Below, piece after piece: positions 20,091-32,836 of a DNA stretch of 64,000 nucleotides. A program made the translations under genes and the position numbers. Numbering within the stretch: position 1 is the stretch's first letter; each line of letters starts with the position of its first letter. The DNA lies in NCBI GenBank assembly GCA_963827655.1, contig CAWHCF010000037.1, positions 32,001-96,000 of the forward strand, read 5' to 3'. Source of the stretch: an uncultured Acidobacteriota bacterium. GTDB lineage: Bacteria; Acidobacteriota; UBA6911. The notes below the pieces were generated by a model. That model made no database searches. It was not told the DNA's origin and worked only from the letters and a program-made list of their open reading frames with translations.

Positions 20091-23000
20091 ATGAAAGCTA
20101 TCACCTCGCTTCTGGTGTTGAGTCTGCTCGTCCCGGCCGCGGCGGCCCAGACCACGCTGGGTACCATCCGCGGCCTGGTTACCGATCCTAGCGGCGCCAC
20201 TGTGGGCGGCAGTTAACGTAGTCGTGCGCAACGTCGACACCAATATCCAGCATCGAGCCGTGAGCAACGACAGCGGCCTCTACGAGGTCACGAACCTGAT
20301 CCCGGGTCGATACCTGGTCACCGCTGAATACAGCGGCTTCAGGACGGTCGTGGTCTCGAACATCATTCTCGAGACTTCCGCAACCGTCCGCGCCGACGTT
20401 CGCCTCGAGGTGGGCGAGCTGGCTACGTCAATCAATGTCGAGGCCGCTGCGCCGGTGATCAATACCGAAAGCGCGGATGTCGCCGCCGTTCGAAACCAGC
20501 AGGTGATGCTCCGTCTCCCCCTCAACGTCCGGGGCCAGTTCGACGGATTCTATTACAGCATGCTGGTGACGACCCCGGGCGCCATTCGAGGACAGGGCTC
20601 TAACTTCAGTTTCGCCGGAGCTCGCGGATTTCAATGGAACACGACGGTCGACGGCACCAGCCAGCGCTCTCCGCTCTTCGCCAACAGCATCGGCCCGGCG
20701 CAAAGCAACATGGAAATGACCCAGGAGATCCGGATTCAGCTTTCCAACGACAAGGCCGAATCCGGCCTGCCCGGCGGGTTTTATGCGACCTCGAAGTCGG
20801 GCGCCAACGATCTCCACGGCAGCGCCTTCTACTACTATGCCAACTCCGGGCTCACGGCACGCAACACCTTCTCGACTTCGGTTCCATACCGCTCGGAGAA
20901 CGATTACGGCGGAAGCCTCGGCGGGCCGATCATCAAGGACCGGACCTTCTACTTCGCCACCTACGAACGATTTCCGCTGAAGACCGAGAGAATCTTCAAT
21001 CCCAATGTTCCGACCGTCGCGTTTCGCAGCGGCGACTTCTCCTCGCTCCTGCCCGGGACCACGGTCCGGGATCCGCTCACCGGCCAGCCGTTTGCTGGAA
21101 ACCAGATTCCCGCATCGCGCCTGAGCTCCGTTTCCCTGAAGGTCCAGGAGCGTTTCTTTCCCCTGCCCAACTCCGGCGCGGCGAACACTTACCAGCAGAA
21201 CTGGCAGGGAGTCGGGCCGCAGTCGCAGTACAAGACCCAGGTGGAAGGGCGCGTGGATCACAAGTTCACGGATGCGAATTCCCTTTTCGTTCGCTTCTCC
21301 TGGAACCGCACCGGCGCCAACGTGTTTGACACCAACCTGCCCACCGTGCCCCTGCGCGACCAGGATCGCCGCACGAACACCTTTACGGTTTCCGATAACC
21401 ACATCTTTAATCCCGGCCTCATCAACGAGTTCCGGTTCGGCATCATGAAGACCAGGAACCCGACCTGGAACCAGCTCGATGGCCCGGCGCTGGTCGCCGA
21501 ATTCGGCCTGCAGGGACTGACCTGGCATCCCGACCTGGCCTGGGGCGCTCCGACTTTCGGCTTCTCCAATTTCACGGGCTTCGGGGGCGGCGGGCAGAAC
21601 CCCAGCGAGAGGATTTACCAGGCCGTGAACAACCTCACCTGGACGCGCGGCGCCCACACGATCAAGACCGGCGTCGATTTTCGCTTCAACCGCGCGACCA
21701 ATTATCCCGGCGGCACCAGCTTTCCGGTGAACCAGTTCGGAACTTTCGGGTTCACCAACGCATTCAGCGGATTTGACTACGCCGACTTCCTGTTGGGGCT
21801 CCCACAGAGTGCCAGCCGCGCCGTCGCCGCCCCTCTTTATAACAACCTGAATACCGACTTTGCCGTGTTTCTGCAGGATGACTGGAAGATTGGCCGCAAA
21901 TTGACGCTCAATGTCGGCGTCCGTTACGAGTACAATCCGCCTTACCACGAGAAGGACGGGAACTTCTTCAACTTCGACGCCGCGACGGGACGCGTCGTCG
22001 TGCCTGACGAGGAATCGCTGAGCCGCGTCTCACCGCTCTTTCCCCAAAACCTGGTCCCGATTGTCACCGCCGCCCAGGCCGGGACTGCCGACCAGCCTGT
22101 ATTTCACGGATCTCAACAACATCGTGCCGCGCTTCGGTTTCGCCTATCGTCCCTTTGACGCCGGCCGGACCGTGCTGCGCGGAGGTTACGGCGTCTATGT
22201 CGATGACCTCACCTCTTCGCTATGGGGTCTCGGCAACGGCGGGCCTTACATCTCATCCGAGAGCTTCACCAATTCAGTCACCAATGGCGTTCCGCTATTC
22301 CAGTTCCCCAGCGCCTTTCCGGCCGGCTTCGGCGCCATCGGCGCCCAGAGCTTCAGCCCCATCGACGCTCATTTCTTGAATCCCTATATCCAGCAGTGGA
22401 ACCTCACCGTGGAGCATGAAATTTTCGATATGGGGATTCGTGTTTCCTACATCGGAACCAACTCGCGGAAACTGGCCTTTGTTCGCAACATCAACCAGCC
22501 CCCGGCGAGCGGCACGACGTTCAACAACAACCTGCGTCCCTTCCCCGCCCTGCGGGACATACTGGTGCGGGAAAACGGCGGGGTCCACAACTACAACTCG
22601 CTGCATGTGGTAGCGGAGCGGAAGACGCGGGGCGGCCTCTACTATCAGCTCGGCTGGACCTGGGCGAGCAATCTCACCGACTCGCAGAGCGACAGCGAAG
22701 GGGGCAGCCGCCCTGAGGATGCTTTCCTGCGGTCGCGCGAATACGGCAACGTCGACTACACGCCGCGCCATCGCGTGACCGGCAGTCTGCTCTACGATCT
22801 TCCATTCGGCGCCGGACGCCGGTATTCCGGTATGAGCGGCATTTCCAACGCGCTCCTCGGCGGCTGGACGATCAGCAGCATCCTGACAACCCAGACCGGA
22901 CAGTTTTTCAGCCCGAGCTTCGACGCTTTCGACACGTCGAATACCAACACGGTGGGCGGCCGGCCGGACCGCATCGCCGACGGAAACCTGCCCTCCTCGG

Positions 23001-23344
23001 AGCGAACCATTGATCGGTGGTTCGACGCTTCGGCATTCCGTGTCCCGGGCGACCTGAGTGGAGATGGCCGGCCGGATGTCGCGGTTGCCCGCTTCGGCAA
23101 TTCCGGGCCGAATGTGCTCGTAGGCCCCGGCGTTGTGGACGTGAGCGCCGGATTGCACAAAGAGTTCAGGGTTACCGAGAAGTACCGCGCGATCGTGCAG
23201 GCCACGTTCCGGAATGTTCTGAACCATCCGATCTACGGCAACCCTGCCACCAACATTCGCGCCACCAACGTCACCACGATCCGTTCTCTCAACGGGCTCT
23301 ACAGTCCTCGCGCCGGCCAGTTGGCCGTGCGGCTCGAATTCTGA
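20091..23344 (+). CDS. TonB-dependent receptor (carboxypeptidase-regulatory N-domain, Acidobacteria type); frameshifts ~20213 and ~22082
   Basis: GTIRGLVTDPSGA, KSGANDLHG, QDDWK..LTLNVGVRYE, PRFGFAY, terminal ...QLAVRLEF. Confidence 0.9.
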
Positions 23345-23546
23345 TCGGAGGGCATGGACCAAAACGTATGGCGGTGCCTCCTCGAGCGGCGCCGCCTGAA
23401 CGATGAAGACGCCGCGGAAGCACTGTCCGGTCCGCACGCGATTACAATGGGAACGAAGAGGATTGAAATGGTCAGCCTCCGGACAGAAACTGGTTAGTTG
23501 AATCGTCGGTGGACCAGGCCCCAAAGTTCCCGTCAATTTTCTTCGT

Positions 23547-23780
23547 GTGAATTTTGAAATCATTGGCGAGATTCATGACATTGAACGCATCGCCGCTGGC
23601 CCTTCCATCCGCGACTTTGCGCGCTTGAAAAGAGTGTATGGTGGACGGCGCTGGAGAAAGTTGAAAGGAATTGCACAAGTGCGATTGAGAAGCGGACGAG
23701 TTCGTCTGGCAGAATTGCACTGGTACGAAGGTCATGGGATCGGCAAGAAGGAGATCCGACGAAAACGTTACCTGGACTAA
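23547..23780 (+). CDS. Small basic hypothetical protein, putative toxin of an uncharacterised two-gene module
   Basis: RWRKLKG...AELHWYEGHGIGKKE; TAATG coupling to the next ORF. Confidence 0.72.
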   Translation: MNFEIIGEIHDIERIAAGPSIRDFARLKRVYGGRRWRKLKGIAQVRLRSGRVRLAELHWYEGHGIGKKEIRRKRYLD

Positions 23781-24025
23781 TGGCCAAAAAAAGAATTAAG
23801 AAAGCTGCTCTACGATTCGCAGTCTGTATTGATAATTCGAAGTACCCCGTTTCCCTCGAGCTGCACAAGATTTATCGTGTTCTTCCAGATGACGATGCCG
23901 CGCGAGATGGCGACCTTCGGATCATCGATGAGAGTGGCGAGGACTATTTGTATTCTGCGGACCGTTTCATGGCGATTGAAGTCTCGAAGCCACTTGAACG
24001 CGCAATCTTGAGGAACGTTTCCTGA
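23780..24025 (+). CDS. Small hypothetical protein, putative partner/antitoxin
   Basis: FAVCIDN..YPVSLELHKIY...IIDESGEDYLYSADRF. Confidence 0.75.
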   Translation: MAKKRIKKAALRFAVCIDNSKYPVSLELHKIYRVLPDDDAARDGDLRIIDESGEDYLYSADRFMAIEVSKPLERAILRNVS

Positions 24026-24063
24026 GACATGGCGGCGGACTGAATTTCGGGGGTTACTGGACT

Positions 24064-26296
24064 GTGGCATCACTCATAGTTCTCGTCTTTCTTATGCTGG
24101 CGCCAGCTGTAATGGGCCAGTCCCTCGATGTTCCTTTGACGGTCGAGGAGACGGCCGGCTCGGCGCGAGTGGCTGAACCGGTCACTTTCGGAGTTCCGCT
24201 TCCGAAGGGAGCCGTGCGGGATCCAGCCCGCCTCCTCCTCTATGGACCAAACGGCAAGCCGGTACCGGCGACGTTCCGCGTGGTCAACCGCTGGTGGGAT
24301 GATGCAGCAACCCAGTTACCTTCGATCCAGTGGGTCCACGCCGATTTCTTCGCGGAAGTGGCGGCGGGAGGCCGGTCCGTCTATCGGCTGCGACTCTCCG
24401 ATGTTCCCTCGCCGATCCCATCCACGCCATTGCGTGTCGAGACCAAGGACGACCGCGTCACGGTCCATACCGGAACGGTGTCGTTTACCGTGAACCGGAC
24501 CGGACCGCTGCTCGAGGCCCCTGGGCTGCGTGACGTCGACCTTCTCCTGCGCTCCGACGAGCGCATTTATAAGGCAAGCCAATGGCCCGGCTCCGAGCTT
24601 GTGGTGGAGGAACAGAACCCTCTTCGAGTGGTGCTCAAGCGCACCGGCGCCCACGCCTGGATGAATCGGGAGGACCGCGCCCTGGACTACGTGGTCCGCA
24701 TCATTGCCTACGCCGGCCGGCCTGTATATCCGAATTGTATATAGCTTCGTCAATCGCCAGGGCCGCGAAATGAGCGACTTTGTGCGCCTCGACGGGCTGT
24801 GGCTGCAGGGCCAGCTCGAGCAGCCGGCGGCGCCGACGAAGATCGAGCAGCTCTCGTCCGAACCGCGCCGGCCAGGTTGGTTCGAAGCCGGAGGAGTCGG
24901 CTTTGGTCTGCGGTGGTTCTGGCAACTCTATCCCAAGGGATTCGAGGTCCGAACCGGCGGTCTGGTCCGCCTGGCGCTCTTTCCCGAAACCGCGCGACCC
25001 CAGAACATCTACACGGGAGTGGCCAAGACCCACGAGCTGATGCTTTCGTTCGGCGGCGAGAACCTCGCTGCCCAGCTCGATCACCCGCTGTATGCCGTCG
25101 CCCCCTCAAAGTGGTACACGCGCGAGACGCGCGCCCTGGGCCGGCTGGTGGAATCGTCACCAGAGGCCATCCGTCCGGAGTACTGGCCGCTGGTGCAGCG
25201 CTACGACCGGTGGCTCACCGCCTCCCGGGATGCGGTGCTGGCCAAGCGCGACCGCGGCTTCGAGTTTCAGGGGCGCCGGTTCGATGAATACGGCATGCTG
25301 AACTTCGGCGATGCCATGCACAAGTTGATCACCAACGATCGCCGTCCGGACTACGGCATCCATTGGGAAACCGAATACTATGATTTCCCGCACGCGCTGT
25401 TTTTGCACTTCTTCCGGACCGGCGACATGAAGTCGTTCAGCATGGCGATCGAAGCGGCCGCTCATCTGGCCGACGTTGATATCTCACACTACGAGGTGGA
25501 ACCCGGACGCCACGGGGCTCCCCGCACCGGACCAGGCTTGAATCATTGGACCCGCTACTCGAACGGCGTTTTCATTTCTTCGACCAGCTGGGCGTTCTAC
25601 AAGAACGAAGGGTTACTGGACCGCTACTTGCTCACCGGAGATCTCTGGTCGCGGGACGTGGCGCGGCTATCCGCCGATTTCGGCGTTACCTACAATGGAC
25701 TCGACCTGCATAGCAACACGCGTTCGATCGGCCACGGGCTGTTCGCCATGCTGAAGGCCTACGAGGTCTTTGGAGACAAGAAGTACCTCGATCGCGCCCA
25801 CTGGATCATCGATTGTGTGCAGGCCTGGCAGGACGGCGACGTCGAGCGCCTCCGCTCCCTGAATGAGCGCGTCGTCTGGGACCCGCAGTTCAAAGGGGGC
25901 TACAGTCACCAGTCCTGGATGTATGGCATCGCGCTGGAGGCGATGGGCCAGGCGTCACAGTCGCTTGGCCGCCCCGAGATGCCGGGCTATATGCGCCGCG
26001 CCGCCGACTGGATCTTTGCCAGCCCGCGCGAGTGGGACTCCGGGCGGCGAGTGTTCCTGAACGCGCCCGTGCACGCGGTGATGCTCACCCCGGGACTGGC
26101 CTACATTGGCGAGACCAGCGGCGTAAAGAAGTACTGGGACGTGGCCCTGGAGAGTTTTCGACGGCAGACCGAGGAAGGGCAAGTCACCGACCGGCTGAAA
26201 TTGTTCGCTCAATTGTTCAGGAACTCGCAGCGCTTTCTGTGGTACCTCTCAATCGAAGGTCCTCCAACCGACCCATCGAGCGTAAGCACGCGCTGA
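24064..26296 (+). CDS. Secreted PcRGLX/YetA-like (exo-rhamnogalacturonan lyase-like) protein; frameshift ~24725
   Basis: N-terminal PVTFGVPLPKG barrel motif; GMLNFGD and YYDFPHALFLHFFRTGD; alpha/alpha-barrel-like C-terminus. Confidence 0.65.
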
Positions 26297-26499
26297 CGAA
26301 CGTTACACGCTGGCGCGCCCCGAACCGTCCCACACTAACGACGCTCGCACCCGCAACAGCAGCTCCATATCAATCTCGCAGCGCCCGGCGGGGCGTGCGG
26401 CAGACGGCCACGAGATTTCGATGAACTGAAAGCTTGCTATACCCATTCCTGCGAAGCTAAAATGCCACCAATTGAAAATCCTGCCTTCAGGAGGGCCAC

Positions 26500-29400
26500 A
26501 TGGAACGCGTCCTGCTACAGACGTTGGTTTCCTTGCTCGTTTCGGCCGCTCTCGGCTGGGCCCAAACGGGCACAGGCAACATTCAGGGAATAGTCAAAGA
26601 TGCTACCGGCGCGATCCTGCCGGGGGCCACCGTGACGCTTACTCACGTCCAAACGTCCCGGCAGTACACCACACCAACTACCGAAGTCGGCTTCTACCTG
26701 TTTCCGTCGGTGCAATTGGGAACCTATCAAATCGCCGTGGAAGCGCCGGGGATGGAGACCTGGAAGGCTGAACTGACCCTGCAGGTGGGCCAGACAGCCG
26801 AAGTAAACCCGGTGCTGAGGGTCGGCGCCACTGCCACCGAGGTAACGGTGGCGGGCGACGTCACGCCGCTGGTCACCACCGCCAATCCCACGCTATCCAG
26901 CGTGGTGGAGCGGGCGCGCATCGACCAATTGCCCCTCAACGGACGTTTCATCCAGGACCTGCTCTATATGACGACCCCAGGCTTCGAGTCCGGCGCCAAT
27001 CTGCCGCGACTGTTTGGCCTGCGCTTCGCCGTCGAAATGTTGCAGGACAGCGCGGTCCTGATGAACCGCCAGTGGCAATCGATTCCTCTCCGGCCGCCAG
27101 GACTCGACACTATCGACGAGTTCCGCTCCGAGACGAGCAATTCCTCGGCCAAGATGAACCGTCCCGGCACCGTAATCCTGACGACCAGGGCCGGCACCAA
27201 CCAGCTCCATGGTTCCGTCTTTGAGACCCACCGAAACAGCGCCATCGGCGTGGCCCGCGCCCGTCAGGATTTTTACGTCAAGCCTCCTCACCTGGTGCGC
27301 AACGAGTTCGGCGCCGCGCTTGGAGGGCCGGTCTACCTCCCCAAGCTCTACAACGGCAAGAACAGGACTTTCTTTTTCTTTGCCTACGAGGGCTTTCGCC
27401 TGAGGACAGGCCTCCACGAGATCGGTCAGCATGCCGACTGCCGAGATGCGGCAGGGCGATTTCAGCGGCTTGATTGACGCCGAGGGACGGCCATTCACCT
27501 TGTACGATCCCATGACCACCGATGCCAACTGGCGGCGGCAGGCCTTTCCCAACAATCAGATTCCGATCAACCGCCGCAGTCCGCTGGCGGCACATCTTTA
27601 CAGCATCACGCCGCTGCCCACGCATCCCAATGTGAACCCCCTGGTGTCGGCCAACTGGTTTGGATTGGGCTTCGACAACCGGAATCAGACCACAATCACA
27701 ACGCGAGTCGACCACCAGCTCTCCCCACGCGACCAGCTCTTCTTCCGGTACTCCCACAACCCTGCCGATCGGTGGTATACGACGTCGCTGGGCGGGGGTC
27801 CCACGACCCTGGATGGCAGGGCAAATGCGGCCACCGACCGAGGCGAGAACGACAGCGGCGTGGCCTCCTGGACCCACACCTTCTCCCCCACCTTCTTCAG
27901 CGAGACGATTTTCAGCGTACAGCGCGACAACCGCAACATCACGCCCATCGTCCTCGAAGACATTGCCACGCAACTGGGCCTTTCCAATCCCTTTAAGGGG
28001 CTGGGCTTCCCGCGCACGATCGACACCGGGTTGGGAATGGACTACGACTCCAGCGCCAATCTCAATATCGACTTCAGCAGGATTTACAACCTGGACCAGA
28101 ATTTCACCAAAGTACGCGGGCGGCACGAGTTCCAATTCGGCGCTCGATGGCGTTACGAGTCTCTCGATATCCTTGCGGACCAGCAGCAGACCATGGGAAC
28201 CATCTCCTTTGCCTCGCTTGGTACGTCCCTCTATGATCCCGGAACCGGCTCCGCCTACGGAGCTGCCCCCTTCACCGGCCACAATGCCGCCAATCTCTTT
28301 ATGGGCCTGGCAACCTACAGCGCGAGGTATTTCCCATCATTCTTCCGGTTGAGGACAGGCGAGATCGCCGCCTACTTCCAGGACAACTTCAAGGTCACTT
28401 CCCGGCTGACCTTGAACCTCGGCTTGCGCTATGAATACAGTCGTCCGCCCAGGGACCGTGACGACACCATCCTGAGCTTCAACCCCAAGACCCACGCGAT
28501 CGTGATGGGCCGGTCGCTCGACGATCTCGTGCAGCTGAACCACGCGCATCCTTCCATCGTGAGAGCCTACGAAACCCTGGGAGTGAAGTACGAAACCCCG
28601 GAGCAGGCCAGCCTGCCGGAGAATTTCATCCATTCGAACAAGTGGGACTTCGGGCCGCGCCTCGGATTTGCGTACCGCCTGGGGGACATGAGCCGTCCTA
28701 CCGTCCTGCGGGGCGGCTACGCCATTTACGCCATTCCCGAGCAGTTACGGGCGATCACCTGTGAAACACGAGCGATTGTGCCCACCACCGCCACTTTCGC
28801 GAACAATCCGAATTCTGCTCAGCAGAGCCCCGACGGACTGCCGAACTACCTGTTGCGCTCCGTCCCCAGGGTCATCGCCGGTGTGAACAGCAATGATACC
28901 CTGAACCTGGAGACCGTCCCGGGCATCACCCGAGGTACCGGAACCGTTTACTACCTCGACCCGAACCAGCCCACGGCGCGCGCCCATGAGTGGAACCTCA
29001 CCCTGGAGCGGGAGATTCTCGCGAACACCAGCGTCAGGCTCAGCTACGTCGGGACGAACGGCATCCGGCTGGCCCAGTATTACTCCTACAATGACGCCCC
29101 GAACGACTATGTCTGGTTCACGACCACCGGCGAGCCGCTCCCGACCGGCGAGTATGCCAACGTAGCCCGGCGCAATTTCGATCGGGAGATCTTCGGCACG
29201 ATCTGGCAGTACCAGAAGAGCGGCTGGTCCAACGACAGCAGCTTCGTCGCCGAGGTGACCGCACCGCTATTCCCAGGGCTATGCCTTCCAGGTGTTCTAC
29301 ACGCTGAGCAACGCGCTGCGCGCGGGCGGCAACGGGTGGGCGGACGACATTCTGCCCGAGACCAACTTGTTTCTGCCGGGAGCGGTCCCGGCAGAGCAGG

Positions 29401-30164
29401 CACCGCGCAACCGGCTTCTCTTCTACCGGCGTGACACCGGGATTCCCAAGCACCGCGTGAACTGGAACTGGATTGTGGATCTTCCCTTCGGCCGGGGCAA
29501 GGCGCTGGGCCGCAATTCCAGCGGCTGGATCAACGGTCTGATCGGCGGCTGGCAGATTGCCGGCAACGGGGCGCTCTTCAGCAGATATTTCCAGCTACCA
29601 ACATCGATGTGGGGCCCGCTGGGCAACGTTGAGGTTTACGGCAAGAAATATCCGATACAGGACTGCCGGAGCGGCGTCTGTTACGACGGGTATCTCTACT
29701 ACAACGGCTACATCCCGGCAAACCGGATCAATAGCGTGGGCGCAAACGGGAGACCGAACGGCGTAATGGGAGTTCCCGCGAGTTACCGACCTTTCCAGAC
29801 GCCGCTCATTCCGACGCCCGCAAACGGCGGGAGCCCGAGTGATCCGCTGTTCCCGTTCTACGAAACTAATACAGTCTTTGTGCCTCTGAAAAACGGCACC
29901 CTCCAGCGGGTCGATTACAATCCCAACCTGCACCCGATGCAACAACAGTTCGTCTCCGGCCCCATGGTCTGGTCGATGAATGCGTCGGCCTTCAAGGCCA
30001 TCCGGCTCACGGAAACCCTGTCTTTGCGATTCAACATAGATTTCTTTAACGTCTTCAACATGCCTGGCACCACGCTGCCGAACTCGACCACCGGGATCAT
30101 CCTCAACCAGACGTCCCAAAACTCAGCGCGCGTCCTGCAATTGACCGGGCGGCTGAGCTGGTGA
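26500..30164 (+). CDS. TonB-dependent receptor (Acidobacteria type); frameshifts ~27410 and ~29260
   Basis: GNIQGIVKDATGA, LPLNGR, FQDNFKVTSRLTLNLGLRYE, terminal LQLTGRLSW. Confidence 0.9.
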
Positions 30165-30235
30165 GTGAGCTTCGGCTGAGACAGTCGGATACACCCGTGA
30201 AATGACGGCGAGGGGAACGAGCCTCTCTTGACGTT

Positions 30236-31429
30236 ATGCGCCTTGACCTCTGTGGTTTCGCCAGGATGTTCCGTGACGGCATTGGTTCCGGCTGGCGCAA
30301 AAAGCTTGCCGTTCTAAGTCTCTCGGCATTCTGGGCGGCCGGCTCTTTGAGCGCAGACACAATCCGCGTCTCCGAAGTTGTCCGGAGAGCTGTCGATTAT
30401 CAACGCCAGGGCCTCCATCGAGAAGCCGAGAGTGCGGCGGCAGAAGCTCTGTCGATGCTGGATCGCAGCCGCTCGTCGCTGGATTTCGACGGAGCGGCCG
30501 GTTTGAATGACCTGGCGACGCTGGCCTATGCTCAGGGGGAATTAGACCGGGCCGAGCAGCTATTCGAACGGTCCCGAAAGGCCTACCAGGCGCTCACGGG
30601 GCCTGACGACCCGAGGCTCGCCAGCGTTCTGTACAATCTGGCCGGAGTGTATGTCGAACGAGGCAGGTACGAGCAAGCCGAGCCGCTTTATCGAACTTCG
30701 CTCGCGATCTGGGACAAGGCGTTCGGAGCCGGACATTCGCGGCAAGCCGAGGTATGGAATAACCTCGGGTTCCTCTATCTGCAGCAAGGTCGACATAAAG
30801 AAGCCGAAGCCTGGCTCGGACAGGCCCTTGTAGCATGGGAGAAGGGCACGGGGCCTAGTGCTGCCGTTCATTCAGCGGTCGCCTTGAGCAACCTTGCTAT
30901 GCTGCGCAGGGTTCAGGGCGGCTTCGATGCGGCGGAATCCCGGTACAAGCAAGCCCTTGCCGTGGAAGAAAAGACTTTCGGTCCGGATCATCCCGAAGTC
31001 GCCGCTACCCTGATGAGCCTGGCGGCTCTGTACCAGGCGCAGGGGAGGAGCAGGCTGGCTATTGAAACGTATCGGCGAGCACTGGCGGTACTGGAAAAAA
31101 CCGTCGGCCCCCAGGATCCGCTGGCGATCGAAACCCGGGAACGACTGAACGAGTTAACCCTCGCCATCCAGACGTTGGGCGAGTATCAGATCCTGGTCGT
31201 GCGAACAAAAGAGGAAGCCGAAGAGCTGCGCAGGAAAGTCGAAGCGGGTGGGAATCTCGCCGAATTGGCTGCGCGGCACTCCATAGATCCGCACGCTTCC
31301 CAGCTTCGAGATGAGCTTCGCATGGAGCTGGACCGAATCGCCGTAGGACAGCTGAGCGCGGTGTTCCCGCTGGCTGGCAACTGGGCTATCGTCAAGAAGA
31401 TTTCGGCACCCACTCCGGCACGAGAATGA
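30236..31429 (+). CDS. Tetratricopeptide repeat protein with short C-terminal PpiC/parvulin-like segment
   Basis: Kinesin-light-chain-type TPRs (GPDHPEVAATLMSLAALY); QILVVRTKEEAEE...LAARHSID. Confidence 0.75.
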   Translation: MRLDLCGFARMFRDGIGSGWRKKLAVLSLSAFWAAGSLSADTIRVSEVVRRAVDYQRQGLHREAESAAAEALSMLDRSRSSLDFDGAAGLNDLATLAYAQGELDRAEQLFERSRKAYQALTGPDDPRLASVLYNLAGVYVERGRYEQAEPLYRTSLAIWDKAFGAGHSRQAEVWNNLGFLYLQQGRHKEAEAWLGQALVAWEKGTGPSAAVHSAVALSNLAMLRRVQGGFDAAESRYKQALAVEEKTFGPDHPEVAATLMSLAALYQAQGRSRLAIETYRRALAVLEKTVGPQDPLAIETRERLNELTLAIQTLGEYQILVVRTKEEAEELRRKVEAGGNLAELAARHSIDPHASQLRDELRMELDRIAVGQLSAVFPLAGNWAIVKKISAPTPARE

Positions 31430-32217
31430 CTTCCGAAAAGCGAAAGCCGCGCGCCACGAGAGCGAGCCTGGTATTGCTGGTTTCGTCGCTGGCGCTATCA
31501 GGTGCATTGACGCAGGAAAAACCTTCGCGGCGGCCGTGGCACATCAAAGGCCAGTTATCGGAAGCCTGCACCTGCAACGTGCCTTGCACCTGCAATTTTG
31601 GCGAGCGACCCTCGCCTCATGAATTCTGCTACGCGATGTGGTCGTACTGGGTGCAGGAGGGATCCTGGGAGCAAATAAAGTTGAATGACCTGCGAATAGG
31701 CGGGGTCGATGGCCCGGGAGGGATCCTGGGACTGCTCGACGCGCGCGCGGACGCGACGCAGCGCACGGCGATGGAAAACATCTGGCACGCCTTGAGCGGA
31801 CGCATGCTTTGCCTGATGCGCCTGTGGCCATTCAAGGCCGGCGGCACTGAACCCGGGCCTGACCGGCCGGCGCGTCAGAGCTCGATCATTCGCACGCTGT
31901 ACGCAGAGCGCCAGTTCCTCGGTTTCGAATATGTGCAGATTGATCAGGCGATCACCAGGCAGGGATCACGGCTGACTTTCCCTGACAGGGGAGGATTCGA
32001 GGCCGCTTACATATTCGGCCGCGACCCGACCCAGCCGCTGACCGTAACGAATATAGTGTCGTGGCCTATACCCGTCAGCATCAAGGGCAAGACGATCTTT
32101 CTCAAGTACAAGGACAAATTCAATCAACTGGATTACCAGGGAACCAATGCCAACCAGGGACATTTCGATCTTTCCCACACGCAGCCGGGCGCGGTGCCGA
32201 TGATGCCGCCGAAGTGA
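31426..32217 (+). CDS. DUF1326-like Cys-rich secreted protein
   Basis: W.IKGQLSEACTCNVPCTCNFG..P...C motif. Confidence 0.72.
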   Translation: MTSEKRKPRATRASLVLLVSSLALSGALTQEKPSRRPWHIKGQLSEACTCNVPCTCNFGERPSPHEFCYAMWSYWVQEGSWEQIKLNDLRIGGVDGPGGILGLLDARADATQRTAMENIWHALSGRMLCLMRLWPFKAGGTEPGPDRPARQSSIIRTLYAERQFLGFEYVQIDQAITRQGSRLTFPDRGGFEAAYIFGRDPTQPLTVTNIVSWPIPVSIKGKTIFLKYKDKFNQLDYQGTNANQGHFDLSHTQPGAVPMMPPK

Positions 32218-32255
32218 GGTCGTTCCTGAGTGTCGCAGTGCAAAGGAGAGAGATC

Positions 32256-32744
32256 ATGGGCGGACTGAGTGACTGGGCTAGAACGCTCCTCAAACAGCGG
32301 CGTTATGCAACCTTGGCGACGCAGGATGCCGACGGGTCGCTCCATCTCACGCCCGTGTGGTACCTCTTTCAAGACGAGCAGCTGTTCGTGGGCGCGCCAT
32401 CATCGAGCAGGAAGGTTCGGAACGCTATCGCACGACCGACCGCTTCACTCGTCGTGGATGTTCGTCAGCCCGGCGCCGAACGGTGGGTCGCAGGGGCCGG
32501 GCCCGTCACGATCCTGCGTAACGATGATTCACGAAGGATCAATGCGGCAATTCTCGAGCGTTACCTCACAGCCGAGGCATTACGGGATCCGAAAGTGGGC
32601 CCGCTATTCGCTGCAGCAGATGACGTCACCCTTTGCATTCGACCGGTGAAATGGCGCTCGTGGGCCGCGGCCGACCTGGACACTCAATTCTTCGGCGGCA
32701 TCTTGACTGCAACACCCGAGCGATGGTTTCGGCCGGTTGATTAA
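32256..32744 (+). CDS. Pyridoxamine 5'-phosphate oxidase-like (FMN/F420 split-barrel) protein
   Basis: ATLATQDADGSLHLTPVWY, SRKVRN; AAGGAG RBS. Confidence 0.85.
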   Translation: MGGLSDWARTLLKQRRYATLATQDADGSLHLTPVWYLFQDEQLFVGAPSSSRKVRNAIARPTASLVVDVRQPGAERWVAGAGPVTILRNDDSRRINAAILERYLTAEALRDPKVGPLFAAADDVTLCIRPVKWRSWAAADLDTQFFGGILTATPERWFRPVD

Positions 32745-32836
32745 GGTAGGGACTTGCAAGACGGGTCCGAGGTCCGAAAAACCAGCACTGTCACTGTGAC
32801 GCACCTTCGGCGCTTGTTCTAAACCTGAACTCTTTT

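Noticed and set aside
23354-23497. 47-aa ORF with GGAGG RBS after the TBDR
   Set aside because: No recognisable motif; cannot be distinguished from a relic or a chance ORF.
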